From a virus (taxonomy: Duplodnaviria > Heunggongvirae > Uroviricota > Caudoviricetes): a DNA stretch of 38,281 nucleotides. The translations under genes were made by a program, and so were the position numbers. Below are positions 7,869-16,355 of this stretch, in pieces. Below the pieces are notes generated by a model. That model did not search any database. It was not told the DNA's origin and saw only the letters and a list, made by a program, of their open reading frames with translations. The stretch lies in IMG/VR virus record IMGVR_UViG_2737471992_000010, positions 1 through 38,281 of that record. The stretch is one strand, 5' to 3'. Position 1 is the first letter of the stretch; each line of letters begins with the position of its first letter.

Positions 7869-8030
7869 ATGAAAAAAGCATTTGCTGCACTGTTCGTTTT
7901 GTTGTCTCTGGTAGCTTCAACTCAGGCCTTTGCCGGTCGTTGTCAGCACGACAGCGACACTGCCGCTGACGGCTCCCGCTGCGGTGGGCGTTCTGCGGAT
8001 TCCCGCCCGGGCGGCGGTGGCATTCGTTAA
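7869..8030 (+). CDS. Small secreted Gly/Arg-rich protein (53 aa)
   Basis: Internal ATG gives MKKAFAALFVLLSLVASTQAFA signal peptide then a short mature peptide; weak RBS, so the call is tentative. Confidence 0.35.
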   Translation: MKKAFAALFVLLSLVASTQAFAGRCQHDSDTAADGSRCGGRSADSRPGGGGIR

Positions 8031-8035
8031 AAACA

Positions 8036-8065
8036 AGGCCGCGAAAGCGGCCTGTGACATGTCAC
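8036..8065. terminator. Hairpin between convergent genes, possibly a bidirectional terminator
   Basis: AGGCCGC-GAAA-GCGGCCT stem-loop followed by palindrome GTGACATGTCAC and a T-rich run. Confidence 0.4.
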
Positions 8066-8358
8066 GTCCCTTTTCTGAATGATAGCCATTCGAAAAATGA
8101 TGACATTCCACCGCAGACAATAGCAAAGATGATCCCACCAAAGAAGAGAAGGCCAGCCTGCCACCACTCCCACCGCCATACATCCACAGCGCCAACCATA
8201 CCAACAATCGCTCCAACAAATGGAATATAGCTCACGATGAAAGCAATGGGGGCTGCAATTATCCAGTGCAATCCCCACCATGATTCAAGCCCAGCCATAA
8301 TTGCTGCCAACTGAAAAAGACCAACGACGATATAAACAATGAATCCTATAGCTTGCAT
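8062..8358 (-). CDS. Small integral membrane protein (98 aa), last gene of the virion operon
   Basis: AGGTGA RBS 6 nt upstream of ATG; three hydrophobic segments rich in Trp/Gly. Confidence 0.55.
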   Translation of the reverse strand: MQAIGFIVYIVVGLFQLAAIMAGLESWWGLHWIIAAPIAFIVSYIPFVGAIVGMVGAVDVWRWEWWQAGLLFFGGIIFAIVCGGMSSFFEWLSFRKGT

Positions 8359-8370
8359 GTAGTCACCTAT

Positions 8371-8544
8371 TTACCCAGTAAAAATCAGAGGCCTCCCCTC
8401 AATAAGGCTTGCAACAAGAACTACTCCCTGCACAACAAAGATGAACCAGCAAATAGCTTGAGTCTGAGGGTTAAGAAAATATTTGTAGCGGTCAATAAAT
8501 AACAGCCCACCAGAAATTATCACACTCAAAATAATTAAAAACAC
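8371..8544 (-). CDS. Possible small hydrophobic protein (about 57 aa, GTG start); not in the ORF track
   Basis: ORF in frame directly after the stop of the 824-aa gene; translation has two hydrophobic stretches (FLIILSVIISGGLLFI, ICWFIFVVQGVVLVASLI); no ATG start, so low confidence. Confidence 0.25.
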   Translation of the reverse strand: MFLIILSVIISGGLLFIDRYKYFLNPQTQAICWFIFVVQGVVLVASLIEGRPLIFTG

Positions 8545-8553
8545 AACACTTCC

Positions 8554-11028
8554 TTATTGCGGAGTGACATCCTGAGGTCGCCACCAGTATGTCTGGTTAA
8601 ACTCTTTCTTCGAACGTTGCTCCATTTTACGCAAATAGCCTGGTGAAAAATACTCCTGCATCTGGTTAAAGATCATGTGATCAAGAGCTGCCTTCAAGTA
8701 CCAGAGATTCGCACCTGGCATCAGCCCTTTCCCAAGTTTCACCAGATCACCACCAGTCTGCTCGTTCTTCCCTTCCACAGCATTTAATGGTATGCCCTGA
8801 GCTATCTTCACTACGTCATCAACCAGGCCAGCTACCGGGCCAAGCATCGACGCCAGCGCGCCGCTTCCGTACCTAGTGTGATCTGACAATAAAAAGTCAC
8901 CGTAAAGGCCAAGACCACCACCTTTCAGTAGAGCACCAAGCCAAAATTTAGCAGCATCTTCTCCTGTCATCTCGCGAGGATTACGACCAGACGCAAGGTC
9001 GTTAAGTTGCTGCGACAAAGCGCCAAGAATGGTCGTACTGGCAATAAACGTCGCAATATATGCCGCACGCCCACCAGCAGACGGCATACCCATAGCGCGT
9101 GACCAGTGACGCATAACCACCGAGATAGGGAACGATTTAAACAGGAAAACACTTCTCGTTAATTCACCTTTCCATGTTCCACGCTGAATACCAGAACCGG
9201 TTATCAGTTGCTCACGTGCTCCCGGTGTAATAACAGCCATATCAACTTCTTCAGTTACGGCACCGAGCAGTTTACGCATTGCCTCAAATTTCACGCGTTC
9301 AGGCTCACCAAGATGTTTAACTGCTGAATCAGGGATACGCATAATGCTTTCCGGTGTCAGCATCGTATTATTACCGTTCCCCCAGTCCTCCTGTTGCGCC
9401 AGCTTCCATACGCTCCAGTCTGTGTCAGTAATCCCTTTGCTTTTCAGGATACGAAAATCAGAGTCATCGAGGCTACGAAGGTCTGGTGTCCGTGACACTA
9501 CTTCTCCCAGGCTTCCCATCATGGTTACGCCATAGGCGCGCTTGTGCGCATCTGACCATGCTGTAAGCCCACTGGCACGCATTACCGCCGTTGCTGCCCA
9601 ACGAGACACTGACGGCCCCATATTATCCATCGCCCAGCGGTTAACGCTGCCAAGTAGAGATTCCATTGCCAGACCAGCGCGGCGCGCCCGCGCAAGTTCT
9701 GTACGGTTCGTTGGGTCCATAGCTTCAAGCTGGTTGCGGAATAACTGGTTCATTGGAAGGTTGGTCACCTTCGCAGACAGATACATGGTTCCAAGATCAG
9801 AGAACGATGATAGCAACGCGGATCCGAGTCTGCTGGCAACCAGCCAGTTGCGGATATTGTCAGACCATCGCGCGATGTGCGGATTCGCTACAGGCTGTGT
9901 CTTTCCGGAAATAAAGTTGTACAGATTCTCTGTGTTGTTCGCCAGCCGCTCGACTTTACCGGTTTTACTCGGGTTAGCTGTTGCCGTTTCTGCCTTCACC
10001 TGATCAAGAAGAGAGCGGAAAACATGATCGGGGTTTGGGCCATATGTTTCCACCAGTGCAATATCTTTACTGATACCTTCCAGGTGACCGACCATGATTT
10101 CCCATAGAGAGCGATCGCCATAAAGTTGCTGATATTGCAGATATGAATCTGCATCTTTGAAATGTATCTGTCGTGATGCATTACCACGGTTAGCACGTGC
10201 GCCGGAAATTCGCATGCCGGTATCAGTAAGCTTATTCAGCCCACCAGTGGCGATTGTGTTATAAGCTTCTCCAAGAAATGCAGACAACTCGGCATCGTTC
10301 ATCAGTTGTCCATCGGCTCGGATATAATATTTGCGATCCAGCTTACCTATAACATCGCTAACCCACTTATCCTTTGATACCGCCCCAACCTTTTCCATAG
10401 AATGATGTTGAGGGATCCCCCAGTTTTCGAGATAGCCAATGTCCCCACCAGCATCATTAAACCGGCGGCGCAGTAGCTCTGTCACTTCTCTCCACGCCTT
10501 AGCACCTTTTCTTGCTTTAGCATTGCCAGTATTTTGCCCCCGCATTTCATATACCAGGTCACGTACGCCCGCTTCATCTTCAAACAGACCAAAAAAGCGA
10601 GGATCAACTGCTTCGAATGCCTCCTGCAATTGACTCAATGCATAATCACGGGTGGCTTTTGTTCTGGATTCAACAGAGAGGAAATTCGATTTACCGTCTG
10701 CATTAAAAGCAATAGTACGGTTAAGAGCGCCAAGTTTCCCATCAGCCCCTTGATAGCTATTGATAAATTTATCCAATCTCTGACGTGCGGCTATAGTGAG
10801 GGCCACACGACGTTTCTTTAATGCCGCTTCTCGCTGTAATTCTTCAGATGCCAATTGTGCTGCACGATATAGCCGCTCTGATTCGGAAAGTTGTCTCCAC
10901 GACATCGGGTCATCACGAGCAATAGAGCGCATATTTCGATAAATGCGGTCTTCAATGTTCTGTATTTCTCGCGCCGTTAACGTGCGCTGCGCCGCCTGCT
11001 GGACCGCTTGTATACATTCCTGTCTCAT
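8554..11028 (-). CDS. Large internal virion/ejection protein (T7 gp16-position)
   Basis: 824 aa ORF in an overlapping chain of virion genes downstream of the tail tubular genes. Confidence 0.65.
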   Translation of the reverse strand: MRQECIQAVQQAAQRTLTAREIQNIEDRIYRNMRSIARDDPMSWRQLSESERLYRAAQLASEELQREAALKKRRVALTIAARQRLDKFINSYQGADGKLGALNRTIAFNADGKSNFLSVESRTKATRDYALSQLQEAFEAVDPRFFGLFEDEAGVRDLVYEMRGQNTGNAKARKGAKAWREVTELLRRRFNDAGGDIGYLENWGIPQHHSMEKVGAVSKDKWVSDVIGKLDRKYYIRADGQLMNDAELSAFLGEAYNTIATGGLNKLTDTGMRISGARANRGNASRQIHFKDADSYLQYQQLYGDRSLWEIMVGHLEGISKDIALVETYGPNPDHVFRSLLDQVKAETATANPSKTGKVERLANNTENLYNFISGKTQPVANPHIARWSDNIRNWLVASRLGSALLSSFSDLGTMYLSAKVTNLPMNQLFRNQLEAMDPTNRTELARARRAGLAMESLLGSVNRWAMDNMGPSVSRWAATAVMRASGLTAWSDAHKRAYGVTMMGSLGEVVSRTPDLRSLDDSDFRILKSKGITDTDWSVWKLAQQEDWGNGNNTMLTPESIMRIPDSAVKHLGEPERVKFEAMRKLLGAVTEEVDMAVITPGAREQLITGSGIQRGTWKGELTRSVFLFKSFPISVVMRHWSRAMGMPSAGGRAAYIATFIASTTILGALSQQLNDLASGRNPREMTGEDAAKFWLGALLKGGGLGLYGDFLLSDHTRYGSGALASMLGPVAGLVDDVVKIAQGIPLNAVEGKNEQTGGDLVKLGKGLMPGANLWYLKAALDHMIFNQMQEYFSPGYLRKMEQRSKKEFNQTYWWRPQDVTPQ

Positions 11029-11033
11029 TTAAT

Positions 11034-12836
11034 TTAACCTCTCAAGAAACACGCCACAGCGACATCAAACAGGCTGGAATCCTGTATTGCCTGCTCACTT
11101 TCCCTGTTCGCTTCATCCAGTACTTCACGCGCGCTGCGCGATTGTGGATTACCATCATCATCCAGCACGGTGATTATCATGTCAGGTGATTCAAGCAGCG
11201 AGTCTTCAGCTATGCGCAGATCAATATCTCCTGCCTGATCCGCCATCATTTTTTGTTCTGCCTGTTGCAATATTTTATCAGGCTCAAAAGGAGCTACTTC
11301 GTCTGGCGTCCTGACCTCTGCTGTTTTATAGAATGAAACAGCCTGAGCATTAAGTTCACTTTCTGCCTGCTGTCTCCGAGCCAGTTCTGCTCGAGCTTCA
11401 AAAAACTGACCGCCAGGCTCATGCGGTGCCAACGCGTTACGAGAAAATTCCAGGCGTTCTTGTGCCTGCCGGATTCGTTGGTCAATATCGCGAAGTCTGG
11501 CCTGTTTATCTGATCGAGCACGAGACAAAGCTTTACCGCTACCGGTTGGCTCTTCTGCAAGAATTTGTGCACGCTGTTCAGTGAGATTTTCAATAATTCG
11601 TTGGCTATTAGCGATTTCAGACTGGTAAACCTGTCTATCTCCACGCGGCAAAAGCTGCGCGGCCTGTTCTTCAAGCAACCGATTTTCTATAGCGCGCGCC
11701 GTTACTCCATCATCTACAGATGACAGAGCCTCATTAACTGCCTGAGACAGCAGACTCTTGCGCCCAGGAATTTCACTGAAAGATGCAGACTCAACAATGC
11801 TGGCAACGTCTACAGGTCTCCCCTGGCTAACATCAGACATAGCTTTTCGCAGAGCCTGAATGTGAGAATTGCGCGAAAGCACGTTGATCGGCACGCCGGG
11901 AGAAATATCAATTTCAGCATGATGAGCGGCATTCGCCGCCAGTGCAGCATCGACATCAACTGGTGAAAAATTGGGGGTGCTTGTAGCCTCACCGCGAGAG
12001 TTAATAAATCTGCCGACACCACCAAACGCCACCCCAAGAACAGCATCAATAGCAATTGCCTGTCGATCCAACACATCATACTGGTTAGCCATTTCGCTAT
12101 AGCCACCATCACGAAGCGTTTTTGCAGTAAGCCCACGCTGTGCCATACCGAACGCAATATTTGTACCTGCGGCATAGGCAATATCTGGCGTTGCACGTAC
12201 TGCTGTTGCTGCGGCGCGTCGCACTGAACTTTCACCCGTCCGCGCAAGCTGAGCCGCCACACCTTCCGCCAGCGCACCACCAGCACGTAACCCGAGACTC
12301 ATAGGGATCAGTGTTCCGGCACCAGCAGTAATACCCTGCACTAATCCCGCTTCCTGCGCCGTCCTGAAATCAACACCCTGTGCTGTCAGCCGTTCAAACT
12401 CAGAAAAACCCTGTAGCGAAGTTACCGCCGCAGCACCTCCGACCGGACCACCGAGCGTTGTACCGATAACAGCCTGCCCGCCCATATCGAACAACCCATA
12501 AAGAACCTGCCCGGCGGTTCCGGTTGTCGCGGCATCAGGCGTCAGCCGCTTAACCTGCTGCTCTGCTAGTTTTCTCTGCTCGGCAATGTATGAAACTGAA
12601 GTGTCATTGAGCGAGGTGTTTTCGTTAACAAACTGAGCAATCGGGGATACGATTTTATCCATCCCTGCCCAGAGCAACTGATCTGGCTTTGCCACCAGCC
12701 CGGAGTACAAACCAGACAATGCCGCTCCTACAGCATTGTCGAAAAAACCAACATCGCTGTTAAAGCCAACTGGATTTGATGCTGCTTCGTCAAGCTGCTG
12801 ATTCTGGTTTACTGGATTAAGGCCAAAGTAACTCAT
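11034..12836 (-). CDS. Internal virion/ejection protein
   Basis: 600 aa, Ala/Gly-rich; ATGA start/stop overlap with the upstream gene. Confidence 0.6.
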   Translation of the reverse strand: MSYFGLNPVNQNQQLDEAASNPVGFNSDVGFFDNAVGAALSGLYSGLVAKPDQLLWAGMDKIVSPIAQFVNENTSLNDTSVSYIAEQRKLAEQQVKRLTPDAATTGTAGQVLYGLFDMGGQAVIGTTLGGPVGGAAAVTSLQGFSEFERLTAQGVDFRTAQEAGLVQGITAGAGTLIPMSLGLRAGGALAEGVAAQLARTGESSVRRAAATAVRATPDIAYAAGTNIAFGMAQRGLTAKTLRDGGYSEMANQYDVLDRQAIAIDAVLGVAFGGVGRFINSRGEATSTPNFSPVDVDAALAANAAHHAEIDISPGVPINVLSRNSHIQALRKAMSDVSQGRPVDVASIVESASFSEIPGRKSLLSQAVNEALSSVDDGVTARAIENRLLEEQAAQLLPRGDRQVYQSEIANSQRIIENLTEQRAQILAEEPTGSGKALSRARSDKQARLRDIDQRIRQAQERLEFSRNALAPHEPGGQFFEARAELARRQQAESELNAQAVSFYKTAEVRTPDEVAPFEPDKILQQAEQKMMADQAGDIDLRIAEDSLLESPDMIITVLDDDGNPQSRSAREVLDEANRESEQAIQDSSLFDVAVACFLRG

Positions 12837-15346
12837 TGCGGAATATCTCCGGAGAATCTCTGACGCTTCTGTGTCAGATCAAGAACAACGGGAGAACCAT
12901 CATCTTTTAGCAGATAACCAGTACCAAGTTTCACCAGGTACTGACTATCGCCGTAACTTTGCAAACCATACTGACCAGGCGGTGTTTTTATCCCTGTGCC
13001 AACAACTTGTTCATTCCAAGCCTGATTAACCTGCTTATCGAATTGCTCTGCAGACATTCCCCACGGCAAAAGAACATTCCCCATTCCGTTATAGTCATGC
13101 ACGCCACCTGTAGCTACGTTAACAGCCTGTTTCCAGATATCATTGTCAATTTCGCCTGATACCACGCCTTTTTTCGCCATCACACCAGCGTAATAGTCCT
13201 TTGCGATCTCGAATGCCATTGATGCCCCCTGAGCATCACCAGCAAATGCATCCTTCACCATGTCAGAAAACTCAAGGCGAAGATCAGCATCTTTAGGCAT
13301 CGGAATACCTTTCGCGTCATCAGTACCTTTACGAGCCGCCGCGCCAGCAAGAATTGTCTGCGCAGCGGTTTCTGGAGACACGGAAACATCCGGATTAAAC
13401 CAGTTTTTTTCTGCCAAAATACCACCTGGCTTATCCATCAGTATCCCGGCAACGGCAGCAGATGGAGCGTTGGCACTGATCTGCTGTAGTGCTGACATAT
13501 ACACCTGCCCACCACCAGTGCTCTGCCTGATGGTATCGAGATATGCTGCCTGTTGGGAAACGGGCGCATCACGAAAGAAAACACCGATCTGATTGGCCTC
13601 GTCTTTGGAAAAGAACGTCAGTGGAGTGCCATATGACTTAGCAAGGTCACTGACCTGAGCAGCACGCAAGGCAACGCTCTGTCCAAAGTTATCCTTATTG
13701 CTCATGTCGATAGGCTTTGCCTGTCCGGCGGCAAGAGAGAACTGCACAGGATCCGACTGCCGCTGCTTTATCACCTGATTTGCAGCCGAAACAACGTTGT
13801 CATAAAGAGCTGCGCGTGCCGCATACCCCTCCCCTGTCTCACCAGTATCCGGGCGTAATTGCTCAACATATGCTGTAATGCTGCTTGTCGGCATGTTGCG
13901 GAAAGAGCCTATATACTGTCCGGCGATCTGCGTATTTCTGAACTCGGTATATCGCAGGTTTCCTTCTCTGACGCCATAAGCTGCAATAAAATCAGCCTCA
14001 CCAGGTGGATTAGGAAATTCAACGCCACGCATATACGCAGCCGTCGCATCGCGAACCTGGCTGTCAATCATCGTTTTATATTCAGCCTGCTGCTGCCGAC
14101 GCAGTTGATCCGCCTGTCGCATATAACTTGCCTGCGCCTCAGGAGATGCCGCATCGAATGCTGCATTACCAGTATAGCGTTTGGTGTTGGTTGGAATTGT
14201 TGATAAACCAAGTGCTGCACTGACACCAGCAGTTAACTGCTGATCACTGTATGGCTGGCTACCGTTCTCATGATGGATAATGGCTGCACAAAGCGCCTTC
14301 AGGGTATCAGGATTTGATGCATCGAGAGGATCATCAGCAGAAACGCCAAGTTGTTCGCACACCGCTTTGATATACGACATAGTGTCATTTTTATCAGCAG
14401 GCGGTGCCCAGCGATTAATTATCTCGCTGACGGTATCAATACCCTGCCTCTGATACGACATCAGGTTCCGCCCTAATGCACGAATCCCGTGTTCAGGTGT
14501 TTCGAATTTAGCAAATCGACCATCATCACCGGTCTGGCCTACCCACGGATTAGTTTTGCTGTATTCGAGATTTCCTGGGTTATTGTTGCGTATGCCACGG
14601 GCACGCTCGGAAGAGTCACTATCTGCTACAGCACGGCGAGCTCCAGCAGCAGTATCACTTAACTCGCCATTACTTTGGATGAATGCGGTCGCATTGTTTG
14701 CCGACCACTGGGACAATGCAGCATCAGCAACCTTCTCTTTAAACTCGATTTTCTTGGCCTGGATTTGCTCGTTGCTCCAGCCATGTGCAACACCGTACTC
14801 CTCAATTTGCTGGAAAGTTTGCTTGTTAGCCAATACGTATGCGGCGTTGTCGCCATACAATGCTGCGGCATTTTTACCATTGTTCAGCAGTGTCGCCTGA
14901 AACTGGCCTTCTTCGTAGGCATTAATTTGCCCTATCTCGTGTCGCCCGGCCTGCGTAGTGAACTGAATGCGCTGCTGCTGCGCCTGCTGCATGAAAGCAT
15001 TACGAGCCTGTTCATCCGGCAGAGACATAGCCAGTTGTTCGACCTGAGCATCAAACTGCTGCGTATACTCATGGCCTTTTCCAATAGCATTTTTCCCTTT
15101 CAGGTTAAGCAATCCTGTTTCAGGATTATTCAGCAGATCGCTGCTTATCTGACTGAGGTTAAGAGATGCCTCCTGAGCCAGAGCGATATTGGCACGCTGT
15201 TTTGCCTGCCCCAAAACATCAATTGCCTCTGTCCCTGCCCGAACAAAAGCATCACCAATACCTTGCTGAGAAAACGTCTGCAAGCCTGCTGACTGAACTC
15301 CACGACTCTCAACCTGACGTCCGGATACTGTTGGTACGACTGGCAT
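12833..15346 (-). CDS. Internal virion protein with putative peptidoglycan-hydrolase motif (T7 gp15/gp16-like role)
   Basis: Start reassigned to the ATG at 15346 (GGAGG RBS, TAATG overlap with the upstream stop); contains RGIRNNNPGNLEY...NPWVG, a motif I associate with phage virion-borne lysozyme domains. Confidence 0.6.
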   Translation of the reverse strand: MPVVPTVSGRQVESRGVQSAGLQTFSQQGIGDAFVRAGTEAIDVLGQAKQRANIALAQEASLNLSQISSDLLNNPETGLLNLKGKNAIGKGHEYTQQFDAQVEQLAMSLPDEQARNAFMQQAQQQRIQFTTQAGRHEIGQINAYEEGQFQATLLNNGKNAAALYGDNAAYVLANKQTFQQIEEYGVAHGWSNEQIQAKKIEFKEKVADAALSQWSANNATAFIQSNGELSDTAAGARRAVADSDSSERARGIRNNNPGNLEYSKTNPWVGQTGDDGRFAKFETPEHGIRALGRNLMSYQRQGIDTVSEIINRWAPPADKNDTMSYIKAVCEQLGVSADDPLDASNPDTLKALCAAIIHHENGSQPYSDQQLTAGVSAALGLSTIPTNTKRYTGNAAFDAASPEAQASYMRQADQLRRQQQAEYKTMIDSQVRDATAAYMRGVEFPNPPGEADFIAAYGVREGNLRYTEFRNTQIAGQYIGSFRNMPTSSITAYVEQLRPDTGETGEGYAARAALYDNVVSAANQVIKQRQSDPVQFSLAAGQAKPIDMSNKDNFGQSVALRAAQVSDLAKSYGTPLTFFSKDEANQIGVFFRDAPVSQQAAYLDTIRQSTGGGQVYMSALQQISANAPSAAVAGILMDKPGGILAEKNWFNPDVSVSPETAAQTILAGAAARKGTDDAKGIPMPKDADLRLEFSDMVKDAFAGDAQGASMAFEIAKDYYAGVMAKKGVVSGEIDNDIWKQAVNVATGGVHDYNGMGNVLLPWGMSAEQFDKQVNQAWNEQVVGTGIKTPPGQYGLQSYGDSQYLVKLGTGYLLKDDGSPVVLDLTQKRQRFSGDIPQ

Positions 15347-15891
15347 TATAATCCTCCGGGTAATCTGGTTCCTGCTGCTGCCCCGATTGGCGCAGGAGTG
15401 CTTTGAGTAAACGGACTCCACGTCCCACCAAACATCTGGTACGCACCGTATGCCTTCAGAGGCGCAGTGAGCAATGTTGTTGCTGCTCCCACATTCCCCT
15501 GTTTACGGGCTGAACTGGCTTCTGCTTTATAGTTGGCAGCCTGAACCTGATAACCGTAAGCCTCGCGTTGCGCGTTATTCACCGTCGTCAGCGAATCAAG
15601 AGCGCCAAACTGGGCAGTGTCGCCAAATATATCCAGCGCGTTACCGGTAGATAAATCGGCGCCGGTCGCCCCCATTGTCGCCGCTTGAGTACCAAGCCGC
15701 TGTCGGGTCTCTCTGCGCCGTTGCTCAGCTTCAGCGTTACCTCTGTTTATTGCATCATTTGCCTGAGCAGTGGCTATATCTGCGTTCGCTTCTGCAACCT
15801 TCGAGGCATACTTTCCCTGTTGGTACTGGGTGTATGCCTGAATGCCACTCATGGCGAGCATTGCGCCACCAGCAATAACCGGATCGCACAT
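15346..15891 (-). CDS. Internal virion protein (gp14-position)
   Basis: 181 aa Ala/Gly/Gln-rich protein; start overlaps the upstream stop. Confidence 0.55.
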   Translation of the reverse strand: MCDPVIAGGAMLAMSGIQAYTQYQQGKYASKVAEANADIATAQANDAINRGNAEAEQRRRETRQRLGTQAATMGATGADLSTGNALDIFGDTAQFGALDSLTTVNNAQREAYGYQVQAANYKAEASSARKQGNVGAATTLLTAPLKAYGAYQMFGGTWSPFTQSTPAPIGAAAGTRLPGGL

Positions 15892-16355
15892 TATTTTCTC
15901 TCCATGTGAAATCTGTGGAAATTAAGACCAAGAGCACCATAAGGCGCGGCTTCTTCAAGCCTGAATCCAAGCCAGTGCAGCCATGCTTTGGCAACATGGT
16001 TTCGCTCGTCGACGTAGTTTTCCAGGCGCGGATAAACTGCCAGCATCTGCTGCAATACAGGTCGGCAGTGGCGAAGAAATGTCTTCTGATATTTTTCAAT
16101 ACGGCTGGTTCCGACCAGCCAGGGTGTACCATTGCCACCGATCATTGACGCCGGAGATACACCAAACATGGTTACCAGTTCTCCGTTCGCGAACCCTGAC
16201 CAGGCCATAGTCGCAGTGCGAAGACCAACACGCAGCGCATCTTCGGTAGTCATCAGCGATACCGCATACAGTTCGTCAATATCAGCCTGACGAACATCCG
16301 GCAAAATCATCTGAAGATGCTCTTCGGTGGCGGGAATAATTCGAACATCGATCAT
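15891..16355 (-). CDS. Virion-associated protein (gp13-position)
   Basis: 154 aa ORF translationally coupled to the tail tubular B gene. Confidence 0.5.
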   Translation of the reverse strand: MIDVRIIPATEEHLQMILPDVRQADIDELYAVSLMTTEDALRVGLRTATMAWSGFANGELVTMFGVSPASMIGGNGTPWLVGTSRIEKYQKTFLRHCRPVLQQMLAVYPRLENYVDERNHVAKAWLHWLGFRLEEAAPYGALGLNFHRFHMERK

